Assembly: GCA_038087875.1 (NCBI GenBank) | Contig: CM075985.1 | Span: forward strand, 27,404,001 to 27,468,000 | Source: Malacoraja senta | Lineage: Eukaryota | Direction: 5' to 3' | DNA length: 64,000 nucleotides | Part shown: positions 39,294 to 52,645 of the stretch, piece after piece | Layout of the letters: each line of letters begins with the position of its first letter | Position numbering within the stretch: position 1 is the stretch's first letter | The notes under the pieces: generated by a model | What the model was told of the DNA's origin: nothing | Database searches by the model: none | The model's input: the letters and a program-made list of their open reading frames with translations, nothing else | Position numbers and translations under genes: made by a program

Positions 39294-39506
39294 TTTGGCA
39301 GACAAAAATGCTGGAGAAACTCAGCGGGTGCAGCAGCATCTATGGAGCGAAGGAAATAGGCAATGTTTCGTGCCGAAACGGGTCTGAAGAAGGGTTCGGC
39401 CTGAAACATTGCCTATTTCCTTCGCTCCATAGATGCTGCTGCACCCACTGAGTTTCTCCAGCATTTTTGTATATCTTCGATTTTCCAGCATCTACAGTTT
39501 CTTCTT
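39294..39506. mobile_element. Penelope-type hairpin element with 15-bp TSD (copies at ~46339-46551 and ~53372-53584)
   Basis: ~70-bp inverted arms; aaacaaatgtaatgc at 39279-39293 and 39507-39521; empty site in units 4 and 5. Confidence 0.8.
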
Positions 39507-39537
39507 AAACAAATGTAATGCCTTTATTATTTTCCAG

Positions 39538-39588
39538 AAGAAACAACTCCCACGGTGACACCAAGCACCACCATCACCTACACAACAG
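39538..39588 (+). CDS. PTS micro-exon C, unit 1
   Basis: tccag / gtgagt, 51 nt. Confidence 0.83.
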
Positions 39589-39709
39589 GTGAGTGATCAC
39601 CTCTGTCAGTAGGTTATTACCAGCCGTTACGTTCAGTCATTCAATTTCAACTTCCGCTTGCCCTCAGTTGAATCATTCTTCAAGTTGCATGTGATGCTTT
39701 CATTTGCAG

Positions 39710-39769
39710 AAAAAACAACAACAACAACAGAGCCAACCACAAACGAGTCTACCACCAGCCCCACAACTG
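39710..39769 (+). CDS. PTS micro-exon D, unit 1 (contains N-E-S sequon)
   Basis: tgcag / gtgagt, 60 nt. Confidence 0.83.
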
Positions 39770-40171
39770 GTGAGTAATGCCTTTTATCAATCATTTTAAC
39801 ACAAATATGGTCAAATACATTACCACTCGCAGGTTGTGACAATGTTGATCACTCTTGCCTTGTGCAACACAATTTTACCTCAGCAGCTCATGTGATGTTA
39901 TCGAATTTCAAAGTCTTGAGATTCAAACAAGAATGGTGCTTTAATGCAATGCAAAGGAATGACAGTAATGCCCAAAGTATGTGCTGTAGTTGAAACACGT
40001 ACAAATATTACTGCTGAATATAGTATGGATTGTATATTTGCAGTGATTATGTTGAAATATTATTCCACAACTTCTTTTAATTTGTGCAATATATGTTCAT
40101 TTTGTTACTCCTCTCTCAAATGTGTAATTCTTCAAGTTGAATGTAAAGGCCGTGTATGTATGTGTTTACAG

Positions 40172-40228
40172 AAAAAACTACAACAACAGCGACAACAACA
40201 ACAGAATCTACCACCAGTCCCACAACTG
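40172..40228 (+). CDS. PTS micro-exon E, unit 1
   Basis: tacag / gtgagt, 57 nt. Confidence 0.83.
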
Positions 40229-41535
40229 GTGAGTGATAACTACTCTCAATGTAAACCCATGGGTTTTTATATCACAGCTAAGCTCATAAACATCATTTTC
40301 AGTTGCACTCCTTTCCCCTCCTTTCTTCAATTTCACTTCATCCATAACAGGTGAGTGATCGCCTCTGTCAGTATGTACTTACTGGCTGTTGGGTTTGGTT
40401 GTTCAATTAAAACTTCCACTCATCTTCAGTAAAAGTCTAATAATTTGACCTATCCACTACAATTTCCAATAACAAGCATTGGTCTAAATATTGAATGAAG
40501 GGTCCTGAAATTTATTTCTGCAGACAATTATTAGAATCCTCTTCTTTAAGTGATGGCTACCATGATGATCAGCCAGCTTGAGTGAGATGGAGTAAAGCAT
40601 CTCTCATGGGTAATTAACCTCGGTAATTCATAATAAAAGTGCAATGGTAGGCTTTTTAGTGATTGCCATAAATAAGTGGGTACACCATACTGAAATGCAT
40701 TGAGGTCTTGCGAGGGAATGAAAACTGAGAATAAATCGTGCAGGACTATACTATTTTGTTGCTGCTGCATCTCCACTCGTGATGGTTCTGCAGAGAAGAA
40801 AATAATTTTTCCATGTCTAAATTGTTTTCACATTTCTCAATAATTTCTCAGCATTACACTTGAAAGTTCCAAGTGATCAACAGTATGTTAAATGCAGTTA
40901 ACCCTCTTGCTCACAAAATGATGTTCTTTTGAAAGTAGAGTTTACTTGTGATGCAGATAAATCACCCAGCAAATTTTATTGAGGTCTTGCGAGGGAATGA
41001 AAACTGAGAATAAATCGTATGGTTATAATTTTGAAGCCATTTGCTGAAATTATTTTACACAATCATTTATCGGGTTAATTTTCTACTGCCTCAGTTGTGC
41101 CATTCATCAAGTTGAATGGTCATGAATGCTTTTACTTACTTGAGAAATAATAACAGAGTCAACTATAACTGCGTTTACCACCAGTCACATAACTGGTGGG
41201 TGATGCCTGCATTCAATATTAATTCATGGATATTTTAACGCAACTATCCTTTTAAGCACTGTAAGCTTGAACTTTATTGGCTTGCCACAATCGTTTCAGT
41301 TTCAGCGCAGTAGAGTTCTATCCTTCTCCAGAACCTTAAGGGTTCACTCGAGGTTGGTGATATGATACAGAACAGATCAAAGATATCTCCTTCGTTAACC
41401 TTCGGAATTATTTCTGTATCGAGCACCAAAGATACCTTTTCAGATCATTTACCTCTAACACATTTTTTTAAATTGAAATTATTTAAGGTTTTAATTTGCA
41501 AGAGAAAGTTTTGATGAGACTTCATAACCAGAGGT

Positions 41536-42250
41536 TTTCAAGTTCAAGTTTACATTTATTGTCACATGCACCAATTGGTACAGTGAAATTTGGGTTGCCA
41601 TACAGCCATATGAATAAAAAAGGAACACAACACATGATAGAATTTAACATAGACATCCCCACACAGCAGAATCAACATTTCCCACTGTGAGGGAAGGCAA
41701 TAAAGTTGAGCCATCTTCCTCTTTGTTCACCCGTGGTTGGGGCCCCCGATGTTCAGGCCCTACCGGAGACCGCGGCTCCCGAAGTCCACAGGCCGTGCTG
41801 GGCGGAGATTCCCACTGGCGCCCTCGGCAAAGGGACCACCAGGCCTCCGCGATGTTGTTCAGCACCGCCCACGGCTAGAAGCTCTGCAACCACAGATCTA
41901 CGATGTTAAAACAGCAGGTCCAACACTCCAGAGCTTCAACAAACGATCCCCAGTAAGGCACAGCCCGCTCCGCGGTGTTAATTCAGTGCTGCGTCGCTGT
42001 TGCAGCTCTGGTCGGCCGCCGGCAGGAAAGGCCACGCCAATCCAGTTGGTAGGCCGCGAGGAGGGGGCAAAGATGCGACTCGGAGAATAGTCGCGTCCTC
42101 GACAGGAAGAGACTGAGAAACGGTTTCCCCCTTTACCCTGCCCCCTTCTCCCACATAATAAGACTAAGAAAACCTCCAAAACATACTTTTAAACAGACAA
42201 AAAATAACAAAAAGATGAAAAAAAACACACAGACTTCAAATTGCGCCCCA
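41536..42250 (-). mobile_element. GC-rich non-autonomous retroelement (copies at ~48581-49295, ~55426-56140 and from ~63856; related 3' fragment at 25690-25870 on +)
   Basis: Minus strand ends gtgacaataaa...(cttgaa)n; absent from the ~33470 and ~58870 paralogous sites. Confidence 0.65.
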
Positions 42251-42302
42251 TTAATTCTCATAATTAATATATACTACAGTAAATATGTTTGTTATTTTCC
42301 AG

Positions 42303-42347
42303 AAGAAACATCAACTGTGACATCAACCAGCATTCCTTCCACAACAG
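42303..42347 (+). CDS. PTS micro-exon H, unit 1
   Basis: tccag / gtaact, 45 nt. Confidence 0.78.
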
Positions 42348-42427
42348 GTAACTGTTGGCTTTTTCAATATATATTTAATTTGCAACCTCAACTGATCACA
42401 ATGAAAATCCATTTGTTTTCTTCTCTA

Positions 42428-42695
42428 TCATCATCATCATCGTTGAAAACATCAACGTGCACGATGCCTTACAATGCTATGTACGACAGTGATCGCAACT
42501 TCTACGTGTGGATGGCCATTGGCTCGCTAGGAGCTCATCTGCCCTTTGACAGGTCTTGTTTTTGGTCCTGCAGGGGGTTCACTGCCCACTCCTCACCTGG
42601 CAAATCAGGTGGGGGAGACGGTTTAGTCGCCGACTATCCGACCATGGAGCAGGTAGCACGGGATTTCATGGTACCCGTGGCGGGGGGTAATCCCC
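42428..42695 (-). mobile_element. Putative SINE-like element with (GAT)n tail, one per unit
   Basis: GC-richer block preceded by (tca)n; family not identified. Confidence 0.4.
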
Positions 42696-43834
42696 CCTAT
42701 CTTCTCTGCCATTTTGATATATTAGACCCTGTTCCCTGTTCCCTGTTCCCCATTTTTACTTTCATAAGTAAAATGTTCGGTCGCTCACAATGGCAGCTAC
42801 TTTTAACATCATGCAGGAATTTGAACTCACTTCTTTATAAGAATATGATAGGTAACTTCTTTATTTGGGCATGCGAGGAGGCTGTTTGGCCCATTGGGTC
42901 CTTTTCAACTTCCAACAGTACAATGTCATGTCCCCTGCTTATTTCCCTGTAACTCTACAACATATTCTCTCCCACATCCACTCTCCTTTGATTCTTTTGG
43001 TATTGGTCTATACAAAGGGATAATTTACAATAGCCAATTAATCTACCAGTATGTCTCTGGGTGACAGGAGGAACCCAAGGAAGTACAGGGAGCCAATATA
43101 AGCTCCATAAAAACAGCACCTTATATCAGGATTGAACTTGGATCTCTCAAGCTTTCAGGCAAAGGCGAGGCACAGCCTTCCACAGCTTATTGAGAGTGGT
43201 CTTCTTTTCATTATAATCTCTTTCCTGCTTTAACTCTTGGTTCTGTTTTATGAATTGACAGCAAACGTGTTCCTTTATCATATATTATCCTGGAGCAGCT
43301 ACCATTTTGCCATTTCCCTCTTGCCCACCAATTAATCTCTTTCTGCATATATGGTATATATTTTCGCCATATACAGTAGGTAGCATGTTTAAAGGTAATA
43401 TGGTGAGGCAGCGCAACTACTCCAATAATGTTCTTCAATAGCATGCTGAGGCCAACCCATCAAAGTGGAAAGAATATCTGGCTGTTAAAATCATGCAATT
43501 GTTAGTGCACAGCTGCAGTCAGCTGCCTGATAAGTGACATCTCACGTTTGTGCTTTATGCTTTTTCCCCATTGTTCTGTTCTGCACTGGCAATGACTGTT
43601 TCCCTATCTGATACTTGAGGTTGTATCTCAATTCAGATCAATCAACAGTTCCCCAAACATATTGTTATTATTCCCATTTTACTGTTCCCATTTTCATTTA
43701 AACTGTAATTTGGAAGATTCATTTTGATGCACAACCATGTTTCTCAAATCTTGTTTTTTATATTTATGTTTAGTTTTTCCACTTTGTATTGTTTTATACA
43801 AGTTTGCCTTATGTTTTCTTTCTTTACATTACAG

Positions 43835-44176
43835 GCCCATTCTGTTTGGGTGTATGGTCTCCTTGGTCTAATGAACATACACCAAAACCGTCATCTCCAA
43901 ATGATTATGAATTGTTGAAACCATATGGCACTAAATTGTGCCCATCTTCTTCTGATAAAATTACTAATATTCAGTGCCAATTTGCCGACCATCCTCAATG
44001 GCCACTAAGTTTATCGCCAGATCTTGTGACCTGCAATAAAGTCATAGGATTGATCTGCAAGTTCACTGGATATCCTTTAGGCCAATTTTGTAGTGACTAC
44101 AGAATTAGAGTTTGCTGCGAGCCAACTGAGACTACAACTGTCCCCACGATTACAACTACCACCAGTCCCACGATTG
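43835..44176 (+). CDS. CysD exon, unit 2
   Basis: Copy of 36790-37131 at +7045, with one S to T change. Confidence 0.92.
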
Positions 44177-44443
44177 GTGAGTGATACCTTCTCCAGTACT
44201 TGTTAACAGTCATTTTAAAGGAAGGACAACAATGTCTAAAGTATGTCCAGCTTGTGCTGGAATTGAACCAAATACAAATGTTACTGCTGAATGTCGCGAT
44301 GATTATAAATTTGCAGTGACTTGTGTTGAAGTTATTCCACAACATCGTTTAATTTATGCAATATATGCTGATTTTGTTACTATTCTCCCAAATGTGCCTT
44401 TCTTGAAGTTGGATATAAAGAACATGTATGCATTTGTTTACAG

Positions 44444-44503
44444 AAGAAACAACAACAACAACAGCCACGACCACCACAGAATCTACCACCAGTCCGACAA
44501 CTG
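44444..44503 (+). CDS. PTS micro-exon A1, unit 2
   Basis: AG/GT, 60 nt. Confidence 0.85.
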
Positions 44504-45543
44504 GTAAGTGATAACTTCTCTCAATGTACACTCATGTTTTTTTGTTATCACAGCTGAGCTCATACACTCATGTTCCCATCCTTGCTTCAAGTTTCGCAAT
44601 TTCATGATCCCATTTTAGAGTCTGTGGGTTCAGTCCACTATCCACTCTACTAGTTACATCCTCGAAAAATTCTATAAGATTCGTCAGACATGATTTACCT
44701 TTCGTAAATCCATGCTGACTTTGTCCAATGATTTCACCACTTTTCAAATGTGCTGCTATCCCATCTTTAATAACTGACTCTAACAGTTTCCCCACTACCG
44801 ATGTTAGACTAACTGGTCTGTAATTCCCCGTTTTCTCTCTCCCTCCCTTTTTAAAAAGTGGAGTTACATTAGCTACTCTCCAATCCTCAGGAACTACTCC
44901 AGAATCTAAAGAGTTTTGAAAAATTATCACTAATGCATCCACTATTTCTGGAGCTACTTCCTTAAGTACTCTGGGATGCAGCCTATCTGGCCCTGGGGAT
45001 TTATCGGCCTTTAATCCATTCAATTTACCTAACACCACTTGGCGGCTCACCTGGATTTCACTCAGTTCCTCCATCTCCTTTGACCCGCGGTCCCCTGCTA
45101 TTTCCGGCAGATTATTTATGTCTTCCTTAGTGAAGACGGAACCAAAGTACTTATTCAATTGGTCCGCCATGTCCTTGTTCCCCATGATCAATTCACCTGT
45201 TTCTGACTGCAAGGGACCTACATTTGTTTTAACTAATCTCTTTCTCTTCACATATCTACAAAAACTTTTGCAGTCAGTTTTAATGTTCCCTGCCAGTTTT
45301 CTTTTATAATCTTTTTTCCCTTTCCTAATTAAGCCCTTTGTCCTCCTCTGCTGGTCTCTGAATTTCTCCCATTCCTCTGGTCGACTGCTGAATGTCGCGA
45401 TGATTATAAATTTGCAGTGACTTGTGTTGAAGTTATTCCACAACATCTTTAATTTATGCAATATATGCTGATTTTGTAACTACACTCCCAAATGTGCCTT
45501 TCTTCAAGTTGAATATTAAGGACATGTATGCATTTGTTTACAG

Positions 45544-45612
45544 AAGAAACAACAACAACAACAACAACAACACCCACGACCACCACAGAATCTACCACCA
45601 GTCCGACAACTG
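45544..45612 (+). CDS. PTS micro-exon A2, unit 2
   Basis: AG/GT, 69 nt. Confidence 0.82.
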
Positions 45613-46193
45613 GTAAGTGATAACTTCTCTCAATGTACACTCATGTTTTTTTTTTATCACAGCTGAGCTCATACACTCATGTTCCCATCCTTGCTTCAAG
45701 TTCCGCAATTTCATGATTCCATTTTAGAGTCTGTGGGTTCAGTCTTGATGGTCCTCTGATGCAGGATAGAGATAGTGCAGCACTGACAATACTGTGCTAT
45801 TCTGCTTGAGACTTTGAGCTGGGTTTGTGAGTGTGCTGTCGTGACTGCGGTTTATCTTGTGGCCAATAGCAAAGAACAGAAAAATCTCTCCACTACCATG
45901 AATAATAACGATAATTACAACAACATTTCTCAGGAAATATTTTCAAGCTCTATAGTTTATACGATGAAGATATGAATAAGTAGTTTATGATGTTCCCTAC
46001 ATTTCAGCTGTGACCATATTTTAGTACAATTTCTTGCTGTAAGTCCTTTGCAAGATAGGAAGTAATTAAAGCAGTTTATCTCCACTTTACACAATCTCTT
46101 TTGAAATAGTCCAATTACCTGCATTTGTTGGTCATTCAAAATCTACGATTCAACATGGATGATTTAATTGTCCATGAATTTGTTTCTCTTTAG

Positions 46194-46247
46194 AAGAAAC
46201 ATCTACAACAACTAGCACAACTGAGTCCACAACCACTTTCACAACTG
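46194..46247 (+). CDS. PTS micro-exon B, unit 2
   Basis: AG/GT, 54 nt. Confidence 0.8.
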
Positions 46248-46582
46248 GTGGGTGGTGATATTTTGATTTGCAAATCTTTTTAACACAAGCTCCCCTATAC
46301 ATATACATATATCACATAATTCAAAATAAATGTAATGCTTTGGCAGACAAAAATGCTGGAGAAACTCAGCGGGTGCAGCAGCATCTATGGAGCGAAGGAA
46401 ATAGGCAATGTTTCGTGCCGAAACGGGTCTGAAGAAGGGTTCGGCCTGAAACATTGCCTATTTCCTTCGCTCCATAGATGCTGCTGCACCCACTGAGATT
46501 CTCCAGCATTTTTGTATATCTTCGATTTTCCAGCATCTACAGTTTCTTCTTAAACAAATGTAATGCCTTTATTATTTTCCAG

Positions 46583-46633
46583 AAGAAACAACTCCCACGG
46601 TGACACCAAGCACCACCATCACCTACACAACAG
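46583..46633 (+). CDS. PTS micro-exon C, unit 2
   Basis: AG/GT, 51 nt. Confidence 0.83.
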
Positions 46634-46754
46634 GTGAGTGATCACCTCTGTCAGTAGGTTATTACCAGCCGTTACGTTCAGTCATTCAATTTCAACTTCC
46701 GCTTGCCCTCAGTTGAATCATTCTTCAAGTTGCATGTGATGCTTTCATTTGCAG

Positions 46755-46814
46755 AAAAAACAACAACAACAACAGAGCCAACCACAAACGAGTCTACCAC
46801 CAGCCCCACAACTG
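46755..46814 (+). CDS. PTS micro-exon D, unit 2
   Basis: AG/GT, 60 nt. Confidence 0.83.
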
Positions 46815-47216
46815 GTGAGTAATGCCTTTTATCAATCATTTTAACACAAATATGGTCAAATACAGTACCACTCGCAGGTTGTGACAATGTTGATCACTCT
46901 TGCCTTGTGCAACACAATTTTACCTCAGCAGCTCATGTGATGTTATCGAATTTCAAAGTCTTGAGATTCAAACAAGAATGGTGCTTTAATGCAATGCAAA
47001 GGAATGACAGTAATGCCCAAAGTATGTGCTGTAGTTGAAACACGTACAAATATTACTGCTGAATATAGTATGGATTGTATATTTGCAGTGATTATGTTGA
47101 AATATTATTCCACAACTTCTTTTAATTTGTGCAATATATGTTCATTTTGTTACTCCTCTCTCAAATGTGTAATTCTTCAAGTTGAATGTAAAGGCCGTGT
47201 ATGTATGTGTTTACAG

Positions 47217-47273
47217 AAAAAACTACAACAACAGCGACAACAACAACAGAATCTACCACCAGTCCCACAACTG
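47217..47273 (+). CDS. PTS micro-exon E, unit 2
   Basis: AG/GT, 57 nt. Confidence 0.83.
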
Positions 47274-49347
47274 GTGAGTGATAACTACTCTCAATGTAAA
47301 CCCATGGGTTTTTATATCACAGCTAAGCTCATAAACATCATTTTCAGTTGCACTCCTTTCCCCTCCTTTCTTCAATTTCACTTCATCCATAACAGGTGAG
47401 TGATCGCCTCTGTCAGTATGTACTTACTGGCTGTTGGGTTTGGTTGTTCAATTAAAACTTCCACTCATCTTCAGTAAAAGTCTAATAATTTGACCTATCC
47501 ACTACAATTTCCAATAACAAGCATTGGTCTAAATATTGAATGAAGGGTCCTGAAATTTATTTCTGCAGACAATTATTAGAATCCTCTTCTTTAAATGATG
47601 GCTACCATGATGATCAGCCAGCTTGAGTGAGATGGAGTAAAGCATCTCTCATGGGTAATTAACCTCGGTAATTCATAATAAAAGTGCAATGGTAGGCTTT
47701 TTAGTGATTGCCATAAATAAGTGGGTACACCATACTGAAATGCATTGAGGTCTTGCGAGGGAATGAAAACTGAGAATAAATCGTGCAGGACTATACTATT
47801 TTGTTGCTGCTGCATCTCCACTCGTGATGGTTCTGCAGAGAAGAAAATAATTTTTCCATGTCTAAATTGTTTTCACATTTCTCAATAATTTCTCAGCATT
47901 ACACTTGAAAGTTCCAAGTGATCAACAGTATGTTAAATGCAGTTAACCCTCTTGCTCACAAAATGATGTTCTTTTGAAAGTAGAGTTTACTTGTGATGCA
48001 GATAAATCACCCAGCAAATTTTATTGAGGTCTTGCGAGGGAATGAAAACTGAGAATAAATCGTATGGTTATAATTTTGAAGCCATTTGCTGAAATTATTT
48101 TACACAATCATTTATCGGGTTAATTTTCTACTGCCTCAGTTGTGCCATTCATCAAGTTGAATGGTCATGAATGCTTTTACTTACTTGAGAAATAATAACA
48201 GAGTCAACTATAACTGCGTTTACCACCAGTCACATAACTGGTGGGTGATGCCTGCATTCAATATTAATTCATGGATATTTTAACGCAACTATCCTTTTAA
48301 GCACTGTAAGCTTGAACTTTATTGGCTTGCCACAATCGTTTCAGTTTCAGCGCAGTAGAGTTCTATCCTTCTCCAGAACCTTAAGGGTTCACTCGAGGTT
48401 GGTGATATGATACAGAACAGATCAAAGATATCTCCTTCGTTAACCTTCGGAATTATTTCTGTATCGAGCACCAAAGATACCTTTTCAGATCATTTACCTC
48501 TAACACATTTTTTTAAATTGAAATTATTTAAGGTTTTAATTTGCAAGAGAAAGTTTTGATGAGACTTCATAACCAGAGGTTTTCAAGTTCAAGTTTACAT
48601 TTATTGTCACATGCACCAATTGGTACAGTGAAATTTGGGTTGCCATACAGCCATATGAATAAAAAAGGAACACAACACATGATAGAATTTAACATAGACA
48701 TCCCCACACAGCAGAATCAACATTTCCCACTGTGAGGGAAGGCAATAAAGTTGAGCCATCTTCCTCTTTGTTCACCCGTGGTTGGGGCCCCCGATGTTCA
48801 GGCCCTACCGGAGACCGCGGCTCCCGAAGTCCACAGGCCGTGCTGGGCGGAGATTCCCACTGGCGCCCTCGGCAAAGGGACCACCAGGCCTCCGCGATGT
48901 TGTTCAGCACCGCCCACGGCTAGAAGCTCTGCAACCACAGATCTACGATGTTAAAACAGCAGGTCCAACACTCCAGAGCTTCAACAAACGATCCCCAGTA
49001 AGGCACAGCCCGCTCCGCGGTGTTAATTCAGTGCTGCGTCGCTGTTGCAGCTCTGGTCGGCCGCCGGCAGGAAAGGCCACGCCAATCCAGTTGGTAGGCC
49101 GCGAGGAGGGGGCAAAGATGCGACTCGGAGAATAGTCGCGTCCTCGACAGGAAGAGACTGAGAAACGGTTTCCCCCTTTACCCTGCCCCCTTCTCCCACA
49201 TAATAAGACTAAGAAAACCTCCAAAACATACTTTTAAACAGACAAAAAATAACAAAAAGATGAAAAAAAACACACAGACTTCAAATTGCGCCCCATTAAT
49301 TCTCATAATTAATATATACTACAGTAAATATGTTTGTTATTTTCCAG

Positions 49348-49392
49348 AAGAAACATCAACTGTGACATCAACCAGCATTCCTTCCACAACAG
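49348..49392 (+). CDS. PTS micro-exon H, unit 2
   Basis: AG/GT, 45 nt. Confidence 0.78.
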
Positions 49393-50864
49393 GTAACTGT
49401 TGGCTTTTTCAATATATATTTAATTTGCAACCTCAACTGATCACAATGAAAATCCATTTGTTTTCTTCTCTATCATCATCATCATCGTTGAAAACATCAA
49501 CGTGCACGATGCCTTACAATGCTATGTACGACAGTGATCGCAACTTCTACGTGTGGATGGCCATTGGCTCGCTAGGAGCTCATCTGCCCTTTGACAGGTC
49601 TTGTTTTTGGTCCTGCAGGGGGTTCACTGCCCACTCCTCACCTGGCAAATCAGGTGGGGGAGACGGTTTAGTCGCCGACTATCCGACCATGGAGCAGGTA
49701 GCACGGGATTTCATGGTACCCGTGGCGGGGGGTAATCCCCCCTATCTTCTCTGCCATTTTGATATATTAGACCCTGTTCCCTGTTCCCTGTTCCCCATTT
49801 TTACTTTCATAAGTAAAATGTTCGGTCGCTCACAATGGCAGCTACTTTTAACATCATGCAGGAATTTGAACTCACTTCTTTATAAGAATATGATAGGTAA
49901 CTTCTTTATTTGGGCATGCGAGGAGGCTGTTTGGCCCATTGGGTCCTTTTCAACTTCCAACAGTACAATGTCATGTCCCCTGCTTATTTCCCTGTAACTC
50001 TACAACATATTCTCTCCCACATCCACTCTCCTTTGATTCTTTTGGTATTGGTCTATACAAAGGGATAATTTACAATAGCCAATTAATCTACCAGTATGTC
50101 TCTGGGTGACAGGAGGAACCCAAGGAAGTACAGGGAGCCAATATAGGCTCCATAAAAACAGCACCTTATATCAGGATTGAACTTGGATCTCTCAAGCTTT
50201 CAGGCAAAGGCGAGGCACAGCCTTCCACAGCTTATTGAGAGTGGTCTTCTTTTCATTATAATCTCTTTCCTGCTTTAACTCTTGGTTCTGTTTTATGAAT
50301 TGACAGCAAACGTGTTCCTTTATCATATATTATCCTGGAGCAGCTACCATTTTGCCATTTCCCTCTTGCCCACCAATTAATCTCTTTCTGCATATATGGT
50401 ATATATTTTCGCCATATACAGTAGGTAGCATGTTTAAAGGTAATATGGTGAGGCAGCGCAACTACTCCAATAATGTTCTTCAATAGCATGCTAAGTGGAA
50501 AGAATATCTGGCTGTTAAAATCATGCAATTGTTAGTGCACAGCTGCAGTCAGCTGCCTGATAAGTGACATCTCACGTTTGTGCTTTATGCTTTTTCCCCA
50601 TTGTTCTGTTCTGCACTGGCAATGACTGTTTCCCTATCTGATACTTGAGGTTGTATCTCAATTCAGATCAATCAACAGTTCCCCAAACATATTGTTATTA
50701 TTCCCATTTTACTGTTCCCATTTTCATTTAAACTGTAATTTGGAAGATTCATTTTGATGCACAACCATGTTTCTCAAATCTTGTTTTTTATATTTATGTT
50801 TAGTTTTTCCACTTTGTATTGTTTTATACAAGTTTGCCTTATGTTTTCTTTCTTTACATTACAG

Positions 50865-51206
50865 GCCCATTCTGTTTGGGTGTATGGTCTCCTTGGTCTA
50901 ATGAACATACACCAAAACCGTCATCTCCAAATGATTATGAATTGTTGAAACCATATGGCACTAAATTGTGCCCATCTTCTTCTGATAAAATTACTAATAT
51001 TCAGTGCCAATTTGCCGACCATCCTCAATGGCCACTAAGTTTATCGCCAGATCTTGTGACCTGCAATAAAGTCATAGGATTGATCTGCAAGTTCTCTGGA
51101 TATCCTTTAGGCCAATTTTGTAGTGACTACAGAATTAGAGTTTGCTGCGAGCCAACTGAGACTACAACTGTCCCCACGATTACAACTACCACCAGTCCCA
51201 CGATTG
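50865..51206 (+). CDS. CysD exon, unit 3
   Basis: AG/GT, 342 nt, same peptide as unit 1. Confidence 0.92.
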
Positions 51207-51473
51207 GTGAGTGATACCTTCTCCAGTACTTGTTAACAGTCATTTTAAAGGAAGGACAACAATGTCCAAAGTATGTCCAGCTTGTGCTGGAATTGAACCA
51301 AATACAAATGTTACTGCTGAATGTCGCGATGATTATAAATTTGCAGTGACTTGTGTTGAAGTTATTCCACAACATCGTTTAATTTATGCAATATATGCTG
51401 ATTTTGTTACTATTCTCCCAAATGTGCCTTTCTTGAAGTTGGATATAAAGAATATGTATGCATTTGTTTACAG

Positions 51474-51533
51474 AAGAAACAACAACAACAACAGCCACGA
51501 CCACCACAGAATCTACCACCAGTCCGACAACTG
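51474..51533 (+). CDS. PTS micro-exon A1, unit 3
   Basis: AG/GT, 60 nt. Confidence 0.85.
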
Positions 51534-52573
51534 GTAAGTGATAACTTCTCTCAATGTACACTCATGTTTTTTTGTTATCACAGCTGAGCTCATACACTCA
51601 TGTTCCCATCCTTGCTTCAAGTTTCGCAATTTCATGATCCCATTTTAGAGTCTGTGGGTTCAGTCCACTATCCACTCTACTAGTTACATCCTCGAAAAAT
51701 TCTATAAGATTCGTCAGACATGATTTACCTTTCGTAAATCCATGCTGACTTTGTCCAATGATTTCACCACTTTTCAAATGTGCTGCTATCCCATCTTTAA
51801 TAACTGACTCTAACAGTTTCCCCACTACCGATGTTAGACTAACTGGTCTGTAATTCCCCGTTTTCTCTCTCCCTCCCTTTTTAAAAAGTGGATTTACATT
51901 AGCTACTCTCCAATCCTCAGGAACTACTCCAGAATCTAAAGAGTTTTGAAAAATTATCACTAATGCATCCACTATTTCTGGAGCTACTTCCTTAAGTACT
52001 CTGGGATGCAGCCTATCTGGCCCTGGGGATTTATCGGCCTTTAATCCATTCAATTTACCTAACACCACTTGGCGGCTCACCTGGATTTCACTCAGTTCCT
52101 CCATCTCCTTTGACCCGCGGTCCCCTGCTATTTCCGGCAGATTATTTATGTCTTCCTTAGTGAAGACGGAACCAAAGTACTTATTCAATTGGTCCGCCAT
52201 GTCCTTGTTCCCCATGATCAATTCACCTGTTTCTGACTGCAAGGGACCTACATTTGTTTTAACTAATCTCTTTCTCTTCACATATCTATAAAAACTTTTG
52301 CAGTCAGTTTTAATGTTCCCTGCCAGTTTTCTTTTATAATCTTTTTTCCCTTTCCTAATTAAGCCCTTTGTCCTCCTCTGCTGGTCTCTGAATTTCTCCC
52401 ATTCCTCTGGTCGACTGCTGAATGTCGCGATGATTATAAATTTGCAGTGACTTGTGTTGAAGTTATTCCACAACATCTTTAATTTATGCAATATATGCTG
52501 ATTTTGTAACTACACTCCCAAATGTGCCTTTCTTCAAGTTGAATATTAAGGACATGTATGCATTTGTTTACAG

Positions 52574-52645
52574 AAGAAACAACAACAACAACAACAACAA
52601 CAACACCCACGACCACCACAGAATCTACCACCAGTCCGACAACTG
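52574..52645 (+). CDS. PTS micro-exon A2, unit 3 (one extra ACA codon)
   Basis: AG/GT, 72 nt. Confidence 0.82.

Noticed and set aside
42215-42952. 245-aa ORF repeated per unit
   Set aside because: It runs through an element end, exon H, intron and a SINE-like block, and is frameshifted in the later copies
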